Shown here piece by piece: positions 45,340 to 53,107 of a DNA stretch of 64,000 bases. The position numbers and the translations under genes were made by a program. The DNA lies in contig JAFATB010000022.1 of NCBI GenBank assembly GCA_019244185.1, positions 389,586-453,585 on the forward strand, given 5' to 3'. The stretch's first letter is position 1. Each line of letters opens with the position of its first letter. The DNA comes from Acidobacteriota bacterium (GTDB lineage Bacteria; Acidobacteriota; Thermoanaerobaculia; Gp7-AA8). Under the pieces are notes generated by a model. The model saw only the letters and a program-made list of their open reading frames with translations, was not told where the DNA came from and searched no databases.

Positions 45340-46760
45340 TCGAGCTCCGCGAGCATCCGGCGGATGCCGTCGACGAGCTCCGCGCGCGGCATCGTGACCT
45401 GCCCGGCGCGTTGCGCGAGGTACTCCTTGCGATCGGCGACCGGCTTCGCGCGCTCGCGTCCCGCGACCATGTCCTTCACGGTGACGATGCCTTCCGCGTG
45501 CTCGTTGCCGCCGTACAGCAGCGCGAGCGGGATGTCGTACTGGTCGGCGTACTTGAGCTGCTTGCCGACGCCTTTCGCGGTGCCGAGGTAGAGCTCCGTC
45601 GGAATGCCGGCGCGGCGCAGCTCCCACGTCATGGCGAGATACTCCTGTTCGAGCGACTCGTCCATGCGCGCGACGAGCACGCGCGCGGTCGCTTTGCGCT
45701 TGCCGATTTTTCCGAGCTGCGTGAGCGCGGCGAGGAGACGATCGACGCCGATCGACGCACCGACGGCAGGGATCGATTGCCCGAGGAAGCGCATCACGAG
45801 ATCGTCGTAACGGCCGCCGCCGAAGACGGAGCCGAACTGCGGCGCTTCCGTGAGAATCGCTTCGAACACCGGACCGGTGTAGTACGCGAGTCCGCGAGCG
45901 ATCGAGAGATCGAGCGAGACGCGATCGTCGCCGTAGCCCAAAACGTAGAGGTTCGAGGAGATGCGCTCGATGACGTCGATCTGCGCGGGCGCGTTCTCGA
46001 CGTGCGCGAACAACTCGCGCAGGCTGGTGAGCACTTCGCGGCGCGATTCGGATTTGATGGCGAGGAACTGTTCGATGCGATCGACCTGCTCGGACGTGAG
46101 GCCGACGCCGCGGATGGTGTCTCCCGATTCGTCGACGTAGCCGTTCATCAGCTCGCGCCGCACTTTTTCGACTCCGACTTTGTCGAGCTTGTCGAGCACG
46201 CGGAAGACGTCGACGCCCTGCTCGGCGGAGATGCCCGCGAACGCGAGCAGGAGATTCAGCACCGCGCGGCTGGAGAAGCGGACGAGATAGCCGCCGACGT
46301 CGAGCGCGCCGAGGGTGTCGCACATGCCCGCGATGATCTCGGTGTCCGCGATCTCGCTCACGACGCCGACGGAGTCGAGATCGAACTGGATGAACTCGCG
46401 GTAACGCCCTTTGTCCGGCTTGTCCGCGCGCCACACCGGCGCAACCTGATAGCGGCGGAACGGCCGTGGCAACTCGCGCTCGCTGTACTGCGCGATGACG
46501 CGCGCGAGCGGCACGGTCAGATCGAAGCGCAATCCCAATTCCTCGTGCTCCGGATTCGTGACGCGAAAGATCGACTGCTGCGCCTCGGCGCCCGCGCTGC
46601 CCGACAGGACGTCCAGAAACTCGACCGCCGGCGTCGACAACGGCACGAAGCCGTAGTTCTCGTACACCCCGCGAATGGTGTCGATCATCTGCTGCCGCGC
46701 CAGCATCTGGTCGGGAAGCAGATCGCGAAGGCCGCGGGAAAGGCGGGGAGAGGTGGTCAT
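45336..46760 (-). CDS. hisS: Histidine--tRNA ligase
   Basis: class II motifs (RYQVAPVWRADKPDKGRYREFIQFD, GGGRYD), C-terminal anticodon-binding domain; 474 aa. Confidence 0.9.
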   Translation of the reverse strand: MTTSPRLSRGLRDLLPDQMLARQQMIDTIRGVYENYGFVPLSTPAVEFLDVLSGSAGAEAQQSIFRVTNPEHEELGLRFDLTVPLARVIAQYSERELPRPFRRYQVAPVWRADKPDKGRYREFIQFDLDSVGVVSEIADTEIIAGMCDTLGALDVGGYLVRFSSRAVLNLLLAFAGISAEQGVDVFRVLDKLDKVGVEKVRRELMNGYVDESGDTIRGVGLTSEQVDRIEQFLAIKSESRREVLTSLRELFAHVENAPAQIDVIERISSNLYVLGYGDDRVSLDLSIARGLAYYTGPVFEAILTEAPQFGSVFGGGRYDDLVMRFLGQSIPAVGASIGVDRLLAALTQLGKIGKRKATARVLVARMDESLEQEYLAMTWELRRAGIPTELYLGTAKGVGKQLKYADQYDIPLALLYGGNEHAEGIVTVKDMVAGRERAKPVADRKEYLAQRAGQVTMPRAELVDGIRRMLAELE

Positions 46761-46772
46761 GAGAAGCGGAAT

Positions 46773-46898
46773 GTAGAACGCAGAACGCAGAACGCAGAAT
46801 GAAGAAAGGGGAACGATGCGCAGTCGCGGGGCGACGGCATTTCTACGTTCTTACTTCTGCGTTCTGCGTTCTTCATTCCGCCGCCGCCAGGCGGCGGC
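46773..46898. repeat. Composite element between tRNA-His and hisS: (GAACGCA)x3 + GAATGAAGAA on one side, inverted copies TTCTTCATTC + (TGCGTTC)x2 on the other, plus an 8-bp GC hairpin (46880-46898) abutting the tRNA 3' end; lower GC than surroundings
   Basis: read directly; elements A/B/A'/B' arranged so that A:A' and B:B' pairings are mutually exclusive. Confidence 0.5.
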
Positions 46899-46899
46899 T

Positions 46900-46976
46900 T
46901 GGTACCGGGGGCCGGTCTCGAACCGGCGACCCCCAGATCCACAATCTGGTGCTCTGACCAACTGAGCTACCCCGGC
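46900..46976 (-). tRNA. tRNA-His (anticodon GTG) with encoded CCA, G1-U72, A73 and no encoded G-1
   Basis: hand-folded cloverleaf: acceptor GCCGGGG/CCCCGGU, D-arm GCUC-AGUUGGUCA-GAGC, anticodon arm CCAGA-UUGUGGA-UCUGG, variable GGGUC, T-arm GCCGG-UUCGAGA-CCGGC, A73, CCA; nucleotide at -1 is U. Confidence 0.85.
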
Positions 46977-47071
46977 ACTCGGGCGGGCATGATACTCGGG
47001 CACGCAGACGAGGGGAAGAGGCGCGCTCCGTGCCGTCCGCGCGTGAGAACGCCGCATCCCGCGAACGCATT

Positions 47072-47332
47072 TCAGACGAAGACGTATTCGTCCGCGGCCG
47101 CGCCACGCCCCGCGAACGTGACCATCGCGTACTGGCGCCGCCGCCCGATGCCGTCGATCGCGGCGATGGTGTACGTGCTGCGCGCGCCCTCCAACAGGCC
47201 GGGGGGCGGATCGCCGGAGCCCACGACGACGATCCGTCCCGAAGAAATGCGCGCCCGCCGCGTACGCCATTGCACCGCGCTCTGGTCGTTGACGACCAGC
47301 ACATCGCACAACCGGACGGCGGGCTCGCTCAT
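47072..47332 (-). CDS. Small hypothetical protein
   Basis: ORF only (MSEPAVRLCDVLVVNDQSAVQW...), no recognisable motif. Confidence 0.3.
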   Translation of the reverse strand: MSEPAVRLCDVLVVNDQSAVQWRTRRARISSGRIVVVGSGDPPPGLLEGARSTYTIAAIDGIGRRRQYAMVTFAGRGAAADEYVFV

Positions 47333-47419
47333 GGTGAAGGCGACAATCTCCGAAGCGTGAGTCCTGCGCCCGCGATGATAGATCAACTTCTATCCGTCAA
47401 AATGTCCAAAATTGCACAA

Positions 47420-48091
47420 TCAGTCACTATCCAGCAGCTGCAGCGCTTTCCGCCGATGCACGGCGATCGAGCGTCCCGCCGTCACGACGATGCCGCGTTT
47501 GCGGAAGCGCTGCATGAATACGGTGATGCGCGGCCGCGTGGTGCCGACGATCTGCGAGAGCTCTTCCTGCGAGATGCGCAGGTCGACGCGCGCGTAGTCG
47601 CCGTCGATGCTGCCGAGTTTCTCCGCGATGCCGAGCAACACTTTCGCGAGCCGCTTCTCGGCGTCCATCGTGACGAGGTCGAACACCGCCACCTGCCGCT
47701 CGGCGAGCCGCAGCGCGAGGTGCCGCAACAGCATCTCCATCGCGGAGGCTTTCTCGACTTCCACGAGATAATCGCGCCGCAACACTTTGCGCACGAAGGT
47801 GCGCTGCATCGCGGACGCGGTCTCGTTCCTGCGGCCGCTGTCGAGAAAACACGATTCGCCGAAGACATCGCCGGCGGCGTAAATCGCGAGCACGCAATCC
47901 TTGCCGCTGGCGGAAGACATGGACAGCTTCACCTGTCCCGACTCGATCAGGTACATGGCGTCGTCTTCGTCCCCCGTGGCATAGATCGCTTGCTGGGCAT
48001 CAGCGCGCAAGCGCGCCACCGGCAACGACTCGCGATCGAAAATGTCGCGAAGGGACGGTAGCGAATGGGCGCGGCCGTCTTTGGAAGGCAT
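47420..48091 (-). CDS. Crp/FNR-family transcriptional regulator
   Basis: cNMP-binding beta-roll (YLIESGQVKL...GDVFGE) + C-terminal HTH (SQEELSQIVGTTRPRITVFMQRFRKRG). Confidence 0.85.
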   Translation of the reverse strand: MPSKDGRAHSLPSLRDIFDRESLPVARLRADAQQAIYATGDEDDAMYLIESGQVKLSMSSASGKDCVLAIYAAGDVFGESCFLDSGRRNETASAMQRTFVRKVLRRDYLVEVEKASAMEMLLRHLALRLAERQVAVFDLVTMDAEKRLAKVLLGIAEKLGSIDGDYARVDLRISQEELSQIVGTTRPRITVFMQRFRKRGIVVTAGRSIAVHRRKALQLLDSD

Positions 48092-48386
48092 CTGGAAAAA
48101 TGCGTCGCGATCGTAGGCACCACCGAACGCTTCGTCTGTTCAGTATTGGACATGCCTTTCATGCCGTTGCGCATCACGGCTACGCCGCGGAGAAACTCGC
48201 GCAAGTTCGTGCGCAGTACGCATGCGCACTGAATCGACCGCGCCACGCGGCCGACGCGCACACCCGGAGCGGCATCGTGCACCATCACCAGACGGAGTGC
48301 CGCAACCCGCGCCGATGCGGCTCACGATCCTGCGCACGCTCTGGCGTCGTGGCGCGCTTCGTGTGGTCTACGCGAGGGAGATACGA

Positions 48387-48544
48387 CCGGGAGCGCCTCC
48401 GGCGGGCCGGCGCGGCCGGCAGCGCTGAGGGCTTAGCCAGTACGCACGTGCGGCTGCTGTCACCACGCTCGCCGCGACCGCACGTGCGGATAGGCTAGGC
48501 CCTCAGCGCTGTCGGCCGTGCCGGCCCGCCGGAGGCGCTCTGGG
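48387..48544. repeat. 158-bp imperfect inverted repeat (two 67-nt arms, ~88% complementary, 24-nt spacer) in intergenic region
   Basis: arms 48387-48453 and 48478-48544 aligned by hand; 5 of 8 mismatches are G-U/U-G pairs when folded as plus-strand RNA. Confidence 0.5.
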
Positions 48545-48555
48545 TCGTCCTCTCC

Positions 48556-49563
48556 CTATGAAGCCACGAAGAGCGCGTCGGCGAACCACGCGCGGGCGTC
48601 GGTCCAGAGGTGCGCGATCGTGAAGCCGGAGGATTGGGCGAGGGCGGCGAGGGTGGACTCGTCGTGTTTGTAGGAGCTCTCGGTGTGGATCGTTTCGGCT
48701 TCGGCGAAATCGACGCTCAGATCGAGGGCGGCGAGGTGGACGCGTTGCGGTTGCGTGCTCACGAGGTGCATCTCGATGCGGCCGAGGGGCTCGTTGTAGA
48801 AGGCGCGGTGGGTGAAGCGGTCGAGCGCGAAGTCGGCGTTGAGTTCGCGGTTCATGCGCACGAGGAGATTCTTGTTGAAGGCGGCGGTGACGCCGAGGGG
48901 GTCGTCGTAGGCGGGTTCGAGAACGTTGCGCGGCTTGCGGAGATCGGCGCCGAGGAGCAGCGCGTCGCCGCGGGAGAGTGCGGAGCGGAGATCGCGGAGC
49001 ATCGCGATCGCGGCGTCGGGATCGAGATTGCCGATGGTCGAGCCGAGGAAAAGGACCACGTTGCGGCCGCGATGGGGGCCAAGCATCGCGAGCGACGACG
49101 ACGGCGACGCGAAGTCGGCGCGGACGGCGGTGATGCGGAGGTGCGGATAGTCGGCGAGCAGCTCGCGCGCGGAGCGTTCGAGCATCGACGCGTCGACGTC
49201 GACGGGAACGTATTCGAGCTCACGCTGGCGTTCCGTCAGGACGTCGAGGAGGATGCGCGTCTTGCGCGCGGCGCCGCTGCCGAGCTCCACGAGGCGCACC
49301 TGGGCGCCGAACGCATCGCAGATTTCGCTCGCGTGCGCGTGCAGCACCTCGGCTTCCGCGCGCATCACGTAGTACTCGGGCAGAAAACAGATCGCGTCGA
49401 AGAGCGAGGATCCGAGCTCGTCGTAGAACCAGCGCGGCGGGAGCGACTTGCGGGACGCGGTGAGACCGCGGCGGACGTCGTCCGCGAAATCGCCGGCCGC
49501 GACGGCGCCGTGGCGCAGCGTGAACCGTGACGTGGGCGAGACCGGGACGGCGGCTGCGCACAT
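48556..49563 (-). CDS. egtD: L-histidine N(alpha)-methyltransferase (EgtD-like, ergothioneine pathway first step)
   Basis: KSLPPRWFYDELGSSLFDAICFLPEYY, LVELGSGAARKTRILLD SAM motif, LFLGSTIGNL, strong collinearity with mycobacterial EgtD. Confidence 0.85.
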   Translation of the reverse strand: MCAAAVPVSPTSRFTLRHGAVAAGDFADDVRRGLTASRKSLPPRWFYDELGSSLFDAICFLPEYYVMRAEAEVLHAHASEICDAFGAQVRLVELGSGAARKTRILLDVLTERQRELEYVPVDVDASMLERSARELLADYPHLRITAVRADFASPSSSLAMLGPHRGRNVVLFLGSTIGNLDPDAAIAMLRDLRSALSRGDALLLGADLRKPRNVLEPAYDDPLGVTAAFNKNLLVRMNRELNADFALDRFTHRAFYNEPLGRIEMHLVSTQPQRVHLAALDLSVDFAEAETIHTESSYKHDESTLAALAQSSGFTIAHLWTDARAWFADALFVAS

Positions 49564-49631
49564 GGGCGACGTGAATTGTAGCCGGAAGTCCGGCTGGCTA
49601 ACTTTTCGGCCGCGGCGGCGTAGAACGCAGC

Positions 49632-50210
49632 ATGAGACGACTCGCCGCCGTTGTGCTCTTCGCGCTCGCCGCCGTCACGCTCGCTGCCGCCGATGATTTC
49701 ACGCGGATCATCATCCGCGACGGCGACAGCACCTACATGATGGGCGACTTCTCCAGCAACTCGTCCGCGCGGTACGACACGGCCGCGGGCACGCGGCACT
49801 ACGCGTGGTTCGAGCGCGACGGAGAGGCGTGGCTCATCACCGATCCGGCGGTGCTCGCGCGGTTGGACGAGGCGACGCGCGCGCAACGCAGCGTCGGAGG
49901 CGAGCAGGGTGCGCTCGGTACGCGCCAGGCGGAGCTCGGGCGCAAACAGGCCAAACTGGGACGCAAGCAGGCGGAGCTCGGGCGGCGTCAGGCCGCGTAT
50001 GCAACCGACTCCGCGCGGCAGCGCGAGCTCGGCGAACAGCAGCGCGAGCTGAGCGAACAGCAGCGGGCGCTCTCCGGCAAACAGCGCGAGCTGTCGGAAA
50101 AGCAGCGGCAGCTTTCGGAGAAGCAGCGCCAGGTCTCGATCGATGTGCATCGCAACGTCGCCAGGATTTTCGAAGACGCCATACGCAGCGGCGCGGCGAA
50201 GCGGCGATAA
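49632..50210 (+). CDS. Secreted coiled-coil protein with heptad-like repeats (QxELGxKQ / QRELSEKQ)
   Basis: signal peptide MRRLAAVVLFALAAVTLAAA; repeat block RQAELGRKQAKLGRKQAELGRRQA...QQRELSEQQRALSGKQRELSEKQRQLSEKQRQ. Confidence 0.55.
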   Translation: MRRLAAVVLFALAAVTLAAADDFTRIIIRDGDSTYMMGDFSSNSSARYDTAAGTRHYAWFERDGEAWLITDPAVLARLDEATRAQRSVGGEQGALGTRQAELGRKQAKLGRKQAELGRRQAAYATDSARQRELGEQQRELSEQQRALSGKQRELSEKQRQLSEKQRQVSIDVHRNVARIFEDAIRSGAAKRR

Positions 50211-50219
50211 TCCGCCGCG

Positions 50220-51584
50220 ATGCGCAGACGACTCTCGCTTCCGCTCCTTCTCCATCTCTCTTTTGTCGTATCGCTCGCGCTCTCGGCATCGGCCGCGACC
50301 ACCATCGCGCCGATCCCGTACAAGCAGCGCGTCCTGCCGAACGGCCTCACGGTCTACAGCGTGCAGGATCGCTCGACGCCGACCGTGGCCGTCCACGTCT
50401 GGTACCACGTCGGCTCGAAAGACGATCCGCCCGGACGCAGCGGCTTCGCGCACCTCTTCGAGCACATGATGTTCAAGAGCACGAAGCACATGAAGTCGGA
50501 GATGCTCGACCGGCTCACGGAAGACGTGGGCGGATCCAACAACGCGACCACGATGGACGACGTGACGGTGTACTTCGAAGTCGTGCCGTCGAACTATCTC
50601 GAGTCGCTGCTGTGGGCGGAAGCGGATCGTCTGGGCACGCTCAACGTCGACGACGCGAACTTCAAGTCCGAGCGCGACGTCGTGAAAGAGGAGTACCGCC
50701 GCGGCGTGCTCGCCTCGCCATACGGGCGGCTCTTCAACGCCATCCCGAAAGACTCGTACGCGCGGCATCCGTACAAGCGTCCCGGCATCGGCAGCATCGA
50801 GGAGCTCGACGCCGCGACCATCGACGACGTCCGCGCCTTTCACACGACGTTCTATCGTCCCGACAACGCGTACCTCTTCGTCATCGGCGACTTCGATCAG
50901 CAGCAGCTCGACGGCTGGATCGATCGGTACTTCATGACCGTCGCGAAGCCGGCCGCGGACATCCCGCGCGTGCACGTCGACGAGCCGGAGCGCGACGTCG
51001 AACGCCGTTACGACGAATACGCGCCGAACGTGCCGCTGCCCGCGACGGTCCTGACGTGGCTCACGCCGAACGCGGGCTCGCCCGACGCGGCGGCGCTCAA
51101 CGTGGCCATGGCGCTGCTGACGCAGGGCGAGTCGTCACGGCTCGAAGAGAAGCTCGTGCGCGCGCAGATCGCGCAGGAGCTCCTCAGCGAAACCGAGCTT
51201 CTCGAAGACCGCGGCATCTTCGTCCTCGGCGCGATCCTCAGCAGCGAGCACGCTCCCGCCGATGCGGAACACGTCATCAAGACGGAAGTCCGCGCGCTGG
51301 CGGAGACGCCGGTCGGCGCGGCGGAGCTCGAGAAGGCGAAGAACCTCCTCGTCACCGATCTCCTCCGGCAGCGCGAGACCAACGACGGTAAGGCCTTCGT
51401 GCTCGCGGAGGCGGTGCTCATCGACCACGATGCGGCGGACGCGAACAACGGCATCGCGCGCGTGCAGGCGGTGACGCCGGCCGACATCCAGCGCGTGGCG
51501 AAGCAGTATCTCGTCGACGCGAAGGCGGTGGTCATCAACTATCTCGACGAGTCGACCAAGAAGCCGGTCGGAGGTGTGCGATGA
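50220..51584 (+). CDS. M16-family zinc peptidase (insulinase/pitrilysin-like), active subunit
   Basis: inverted zinc motif HLFEHMMFKST (HxxEH), signal peptide. Confidence 0.85.
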   Translation: MRRRLSLPLLLHLSFVVSLALSASAATTIAPIPYKQRVLPNGLTVYSVQDRSTPTVAVHVWYHVGSKDDPPGRSGFAHLFEHMMFKSTKHMKSEMLDRLTEDVGGSNNATTMDDVTVYFEVVPSNYLESLLWAEADRLGTLNVDDANFKSERDVVKEEYRRGVLASPYGRLFNAIPKDSYARHPYKRPGIGSIEELDAATIDDVRAFHTTFYRPDNAYLFVIGDFDQQQLDGWIDRYFMTVAKPAADIPRVHVDEPERDVERRYDEYAPNVPLPATVLTWLTPNAGSPDAAALNVAMALLTQGESSRLEEKLVRAQIAQELLSETELLEDRGIFVLGAILSSEHAPADAEHVIKTEVRALAETPVGAAELEKAKNLLVTDLLRQRETNDGKAFVLAEAVLIDHDAADANNGIARVQAVTPADIQRVAKQYLVDAKAVVINYLDESTKKPVGGVR

Positions 51585-53047
51585 AGCGCGCGCTGCTCGC
51601 ATTACTGTTCGCGCTGCCTTTGGTCGCGCAGGAACCGACCGCGACGACGGCGGACACGTATCCCGCGACGCCGCCCGCGCCGCTCGCGCCGCGTGAGGCG
51701 ACGATCCCGCAGCCGTCGGAGAAGACGCTCGCGAACGGCCTGCGCGTCATCGTCGTCGAGAAGCATAGCCTCCCGCTCGTCGCGGCGCGGCTGCTCGTGA
51801 AGACCGGCGGCGCGGCCGATCCGGCCTCGCGCGCGGGACTCGCGTCGCTCACCGCCGGCGTGCTGACGAAAGGTACGAAGACGCGCAGTGCCGAGGAGAT
51901 CGCGCGCGGCGTCGAATCCCTCGGCGCGACGCTGGAGAGCGACGCGACGTGGGACAGCTCGCTGATCGACGTCTCGATGATGGCGCCGAATCTTGCGAAG
52001 ACGATGGAGTACGTCGCCGACGTCGCGCGCAACGCCACGTTCGCGAAGGACGAGCTCGAGCGCGAGCGCGCGCAAGCCATCGACTCGCTGCAGGTCGAGC
52101 TGAGCGAGCCGCGCACAGTCGCGAACATCGTCGCGTCGCGGCTCGTCTTCGGCACGTCGGCGTACGGACACAACCTCTCCGGCACGCCCGCGTCGCTCGG
52201 CCGCATCACGCGCGACGATCTCGTGCAGTTCCACAAGCACTACTACCGCCCCGACAACGCGGTGCTGCTCTTCGCCGGCGACGTGCGTCCCAGCGACGCG
52301 TTCGCGCTCGCGGAGAAGCTCTTCGGGTCTTGGTCGCGCGGCAGCGGCGCGCCTCCGTCCGCGGCGACGAAGTTTGCGCCGCAGGCGCCGCGCGCGGTCG
52401 TCATCGACATGCCGGCTGCCGGCCAGGCGGCGGTCGTGCTCGCGCGTCCCGGCATTCGCCGCGTCGATCCGCAGTACATGCCCGCCGCGGTGCTGAACTC
52501 GATCCTCGGCGGCGGCTTCTCTTCACGGCTGAATCAGGAGATCCGCATCAAGCGCGGTCTCAGCTACGGCGCGGGCAGCTCGTTCGAAGCGCGCGCCGAC
52601 GTGGGACCGTTCACCGCGCGCGCGGAGACGAAGAACGAATCCGCGGCGGAAGTGGCGGGACTCATCGGCGGCGAGCTGTCTCGGCTCGCGACGACGGACG
52701 TCGAGGCGGGCGAGCTCACGCCGCGCAAGGCCGCGCTCATCGGCGACTTCGCGGAATCGCTGGAGACGACGCGCGGCCTCGTGAACCGGCTCGGCGCGCT
52801 TGCGCGCTACGGCCTGCCGCTCGCGGATATCAACCGATACATCGGCGGCGTGCAGGCGGTGACGGCGCAGGACGTGCGCAAGTTCGCGAATGCGAGTCTG
52901 GCCGGATCGTCGACGCTGGTGATCGTCGGCGACGCGAAACAGTTCATCGAGCCGCTGCGCGCGCAGACGAAGGACGTCGAGGTGATTCCGCTCGCCGAGC
53001 TCGATCTCGACTCGCCGACGTTGCGGGTGCGCAAGAAGAAGGATTGA
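51581..53047 (+). CDS. M16-family peptidase, non-catalytic partner subunit
   Basis: M16 fold without HxxEH; 4-nt overlap (ATGA) with upstream M16 gene. Confidence 0.8.
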   Translation: MKRALLALLFALPLVAQEPTATTADTYPATPPAPLAPREATIPQPSEKTLANGLRVIVVEKHSLPLVAARLLVKTGGAADPASRAGLASLTAGVLTKGTKTRSAEEIARGVESLGATLESDATWDSSLIDVSMMAPNLAKTMEYVADVARNATFAKDELERERAQAIDSLQVELSEPRTVANIVASRLVFGTSAYGHNLSGTPASLGRITRDDLVQFHKHYYRPDNAVLLFAGDVRPSDAFALAEKLFGSWSRGSGAPPSAATKFAPQAPRAVVIDMPAAGQAAVVLARPGIRRVDPQYMPAAVLNSILGGGFSSRLNQEIRIKRGLSYGAGSSFEARADVGPFTARAETKNESAAEVAGLIGGELSRLATTDVEAGELTPRKAALIGDFAESLETTRGLVNRLGALARYGLPLADINRYIGGVQAVTAQDVRKFANASLAGSSTLVIVGDAKQFIEPLRAQTKDVEVIPLAELDLDSPTLRVRKKKD

Positions 53048-53055
53048 TATGCAAG

Positions 53056-53092
53056 CAAAAAGGGCGGGCCTCGCGCCCGCCCTTTTCGTTTT
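53056..53092. terminator. Bidirectional Rho-independent terminator between convergent genes (AAAAA GGGCGGGC-CUCGC-GCCCGCCC UUUUCGUUUU)
   Basis: 8-bp GC stem, 5-nt loop, U-tract downstream and A-tract upstream. Confidence 0.65.
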
Positions 53093-53107
53093 GCATCGCG
53101 TTTTGCG

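Noticed and set aside
46757-46942. 61-codon ORF spanning the tRNA-His/hisS spacer, considered as a possible his-attenuator leader peptide
   Set aside because: It contains a single His codon and overlaps the tRNA gene itself, so it is not a histidine-rich leader. The spacer is better explained as an RNA structure or repeat element.
48100-48380. Short palindromes (CGCATGCG and others) upstream of the crp-like gene as possible FNR/CRP boxes
   Set aside because: They do not resemble the TTGAT-N4-ATCAA or TGTGA-N6-TCACA consensus, and GC-rich palindromes of this length are frequent by chance in this composition.
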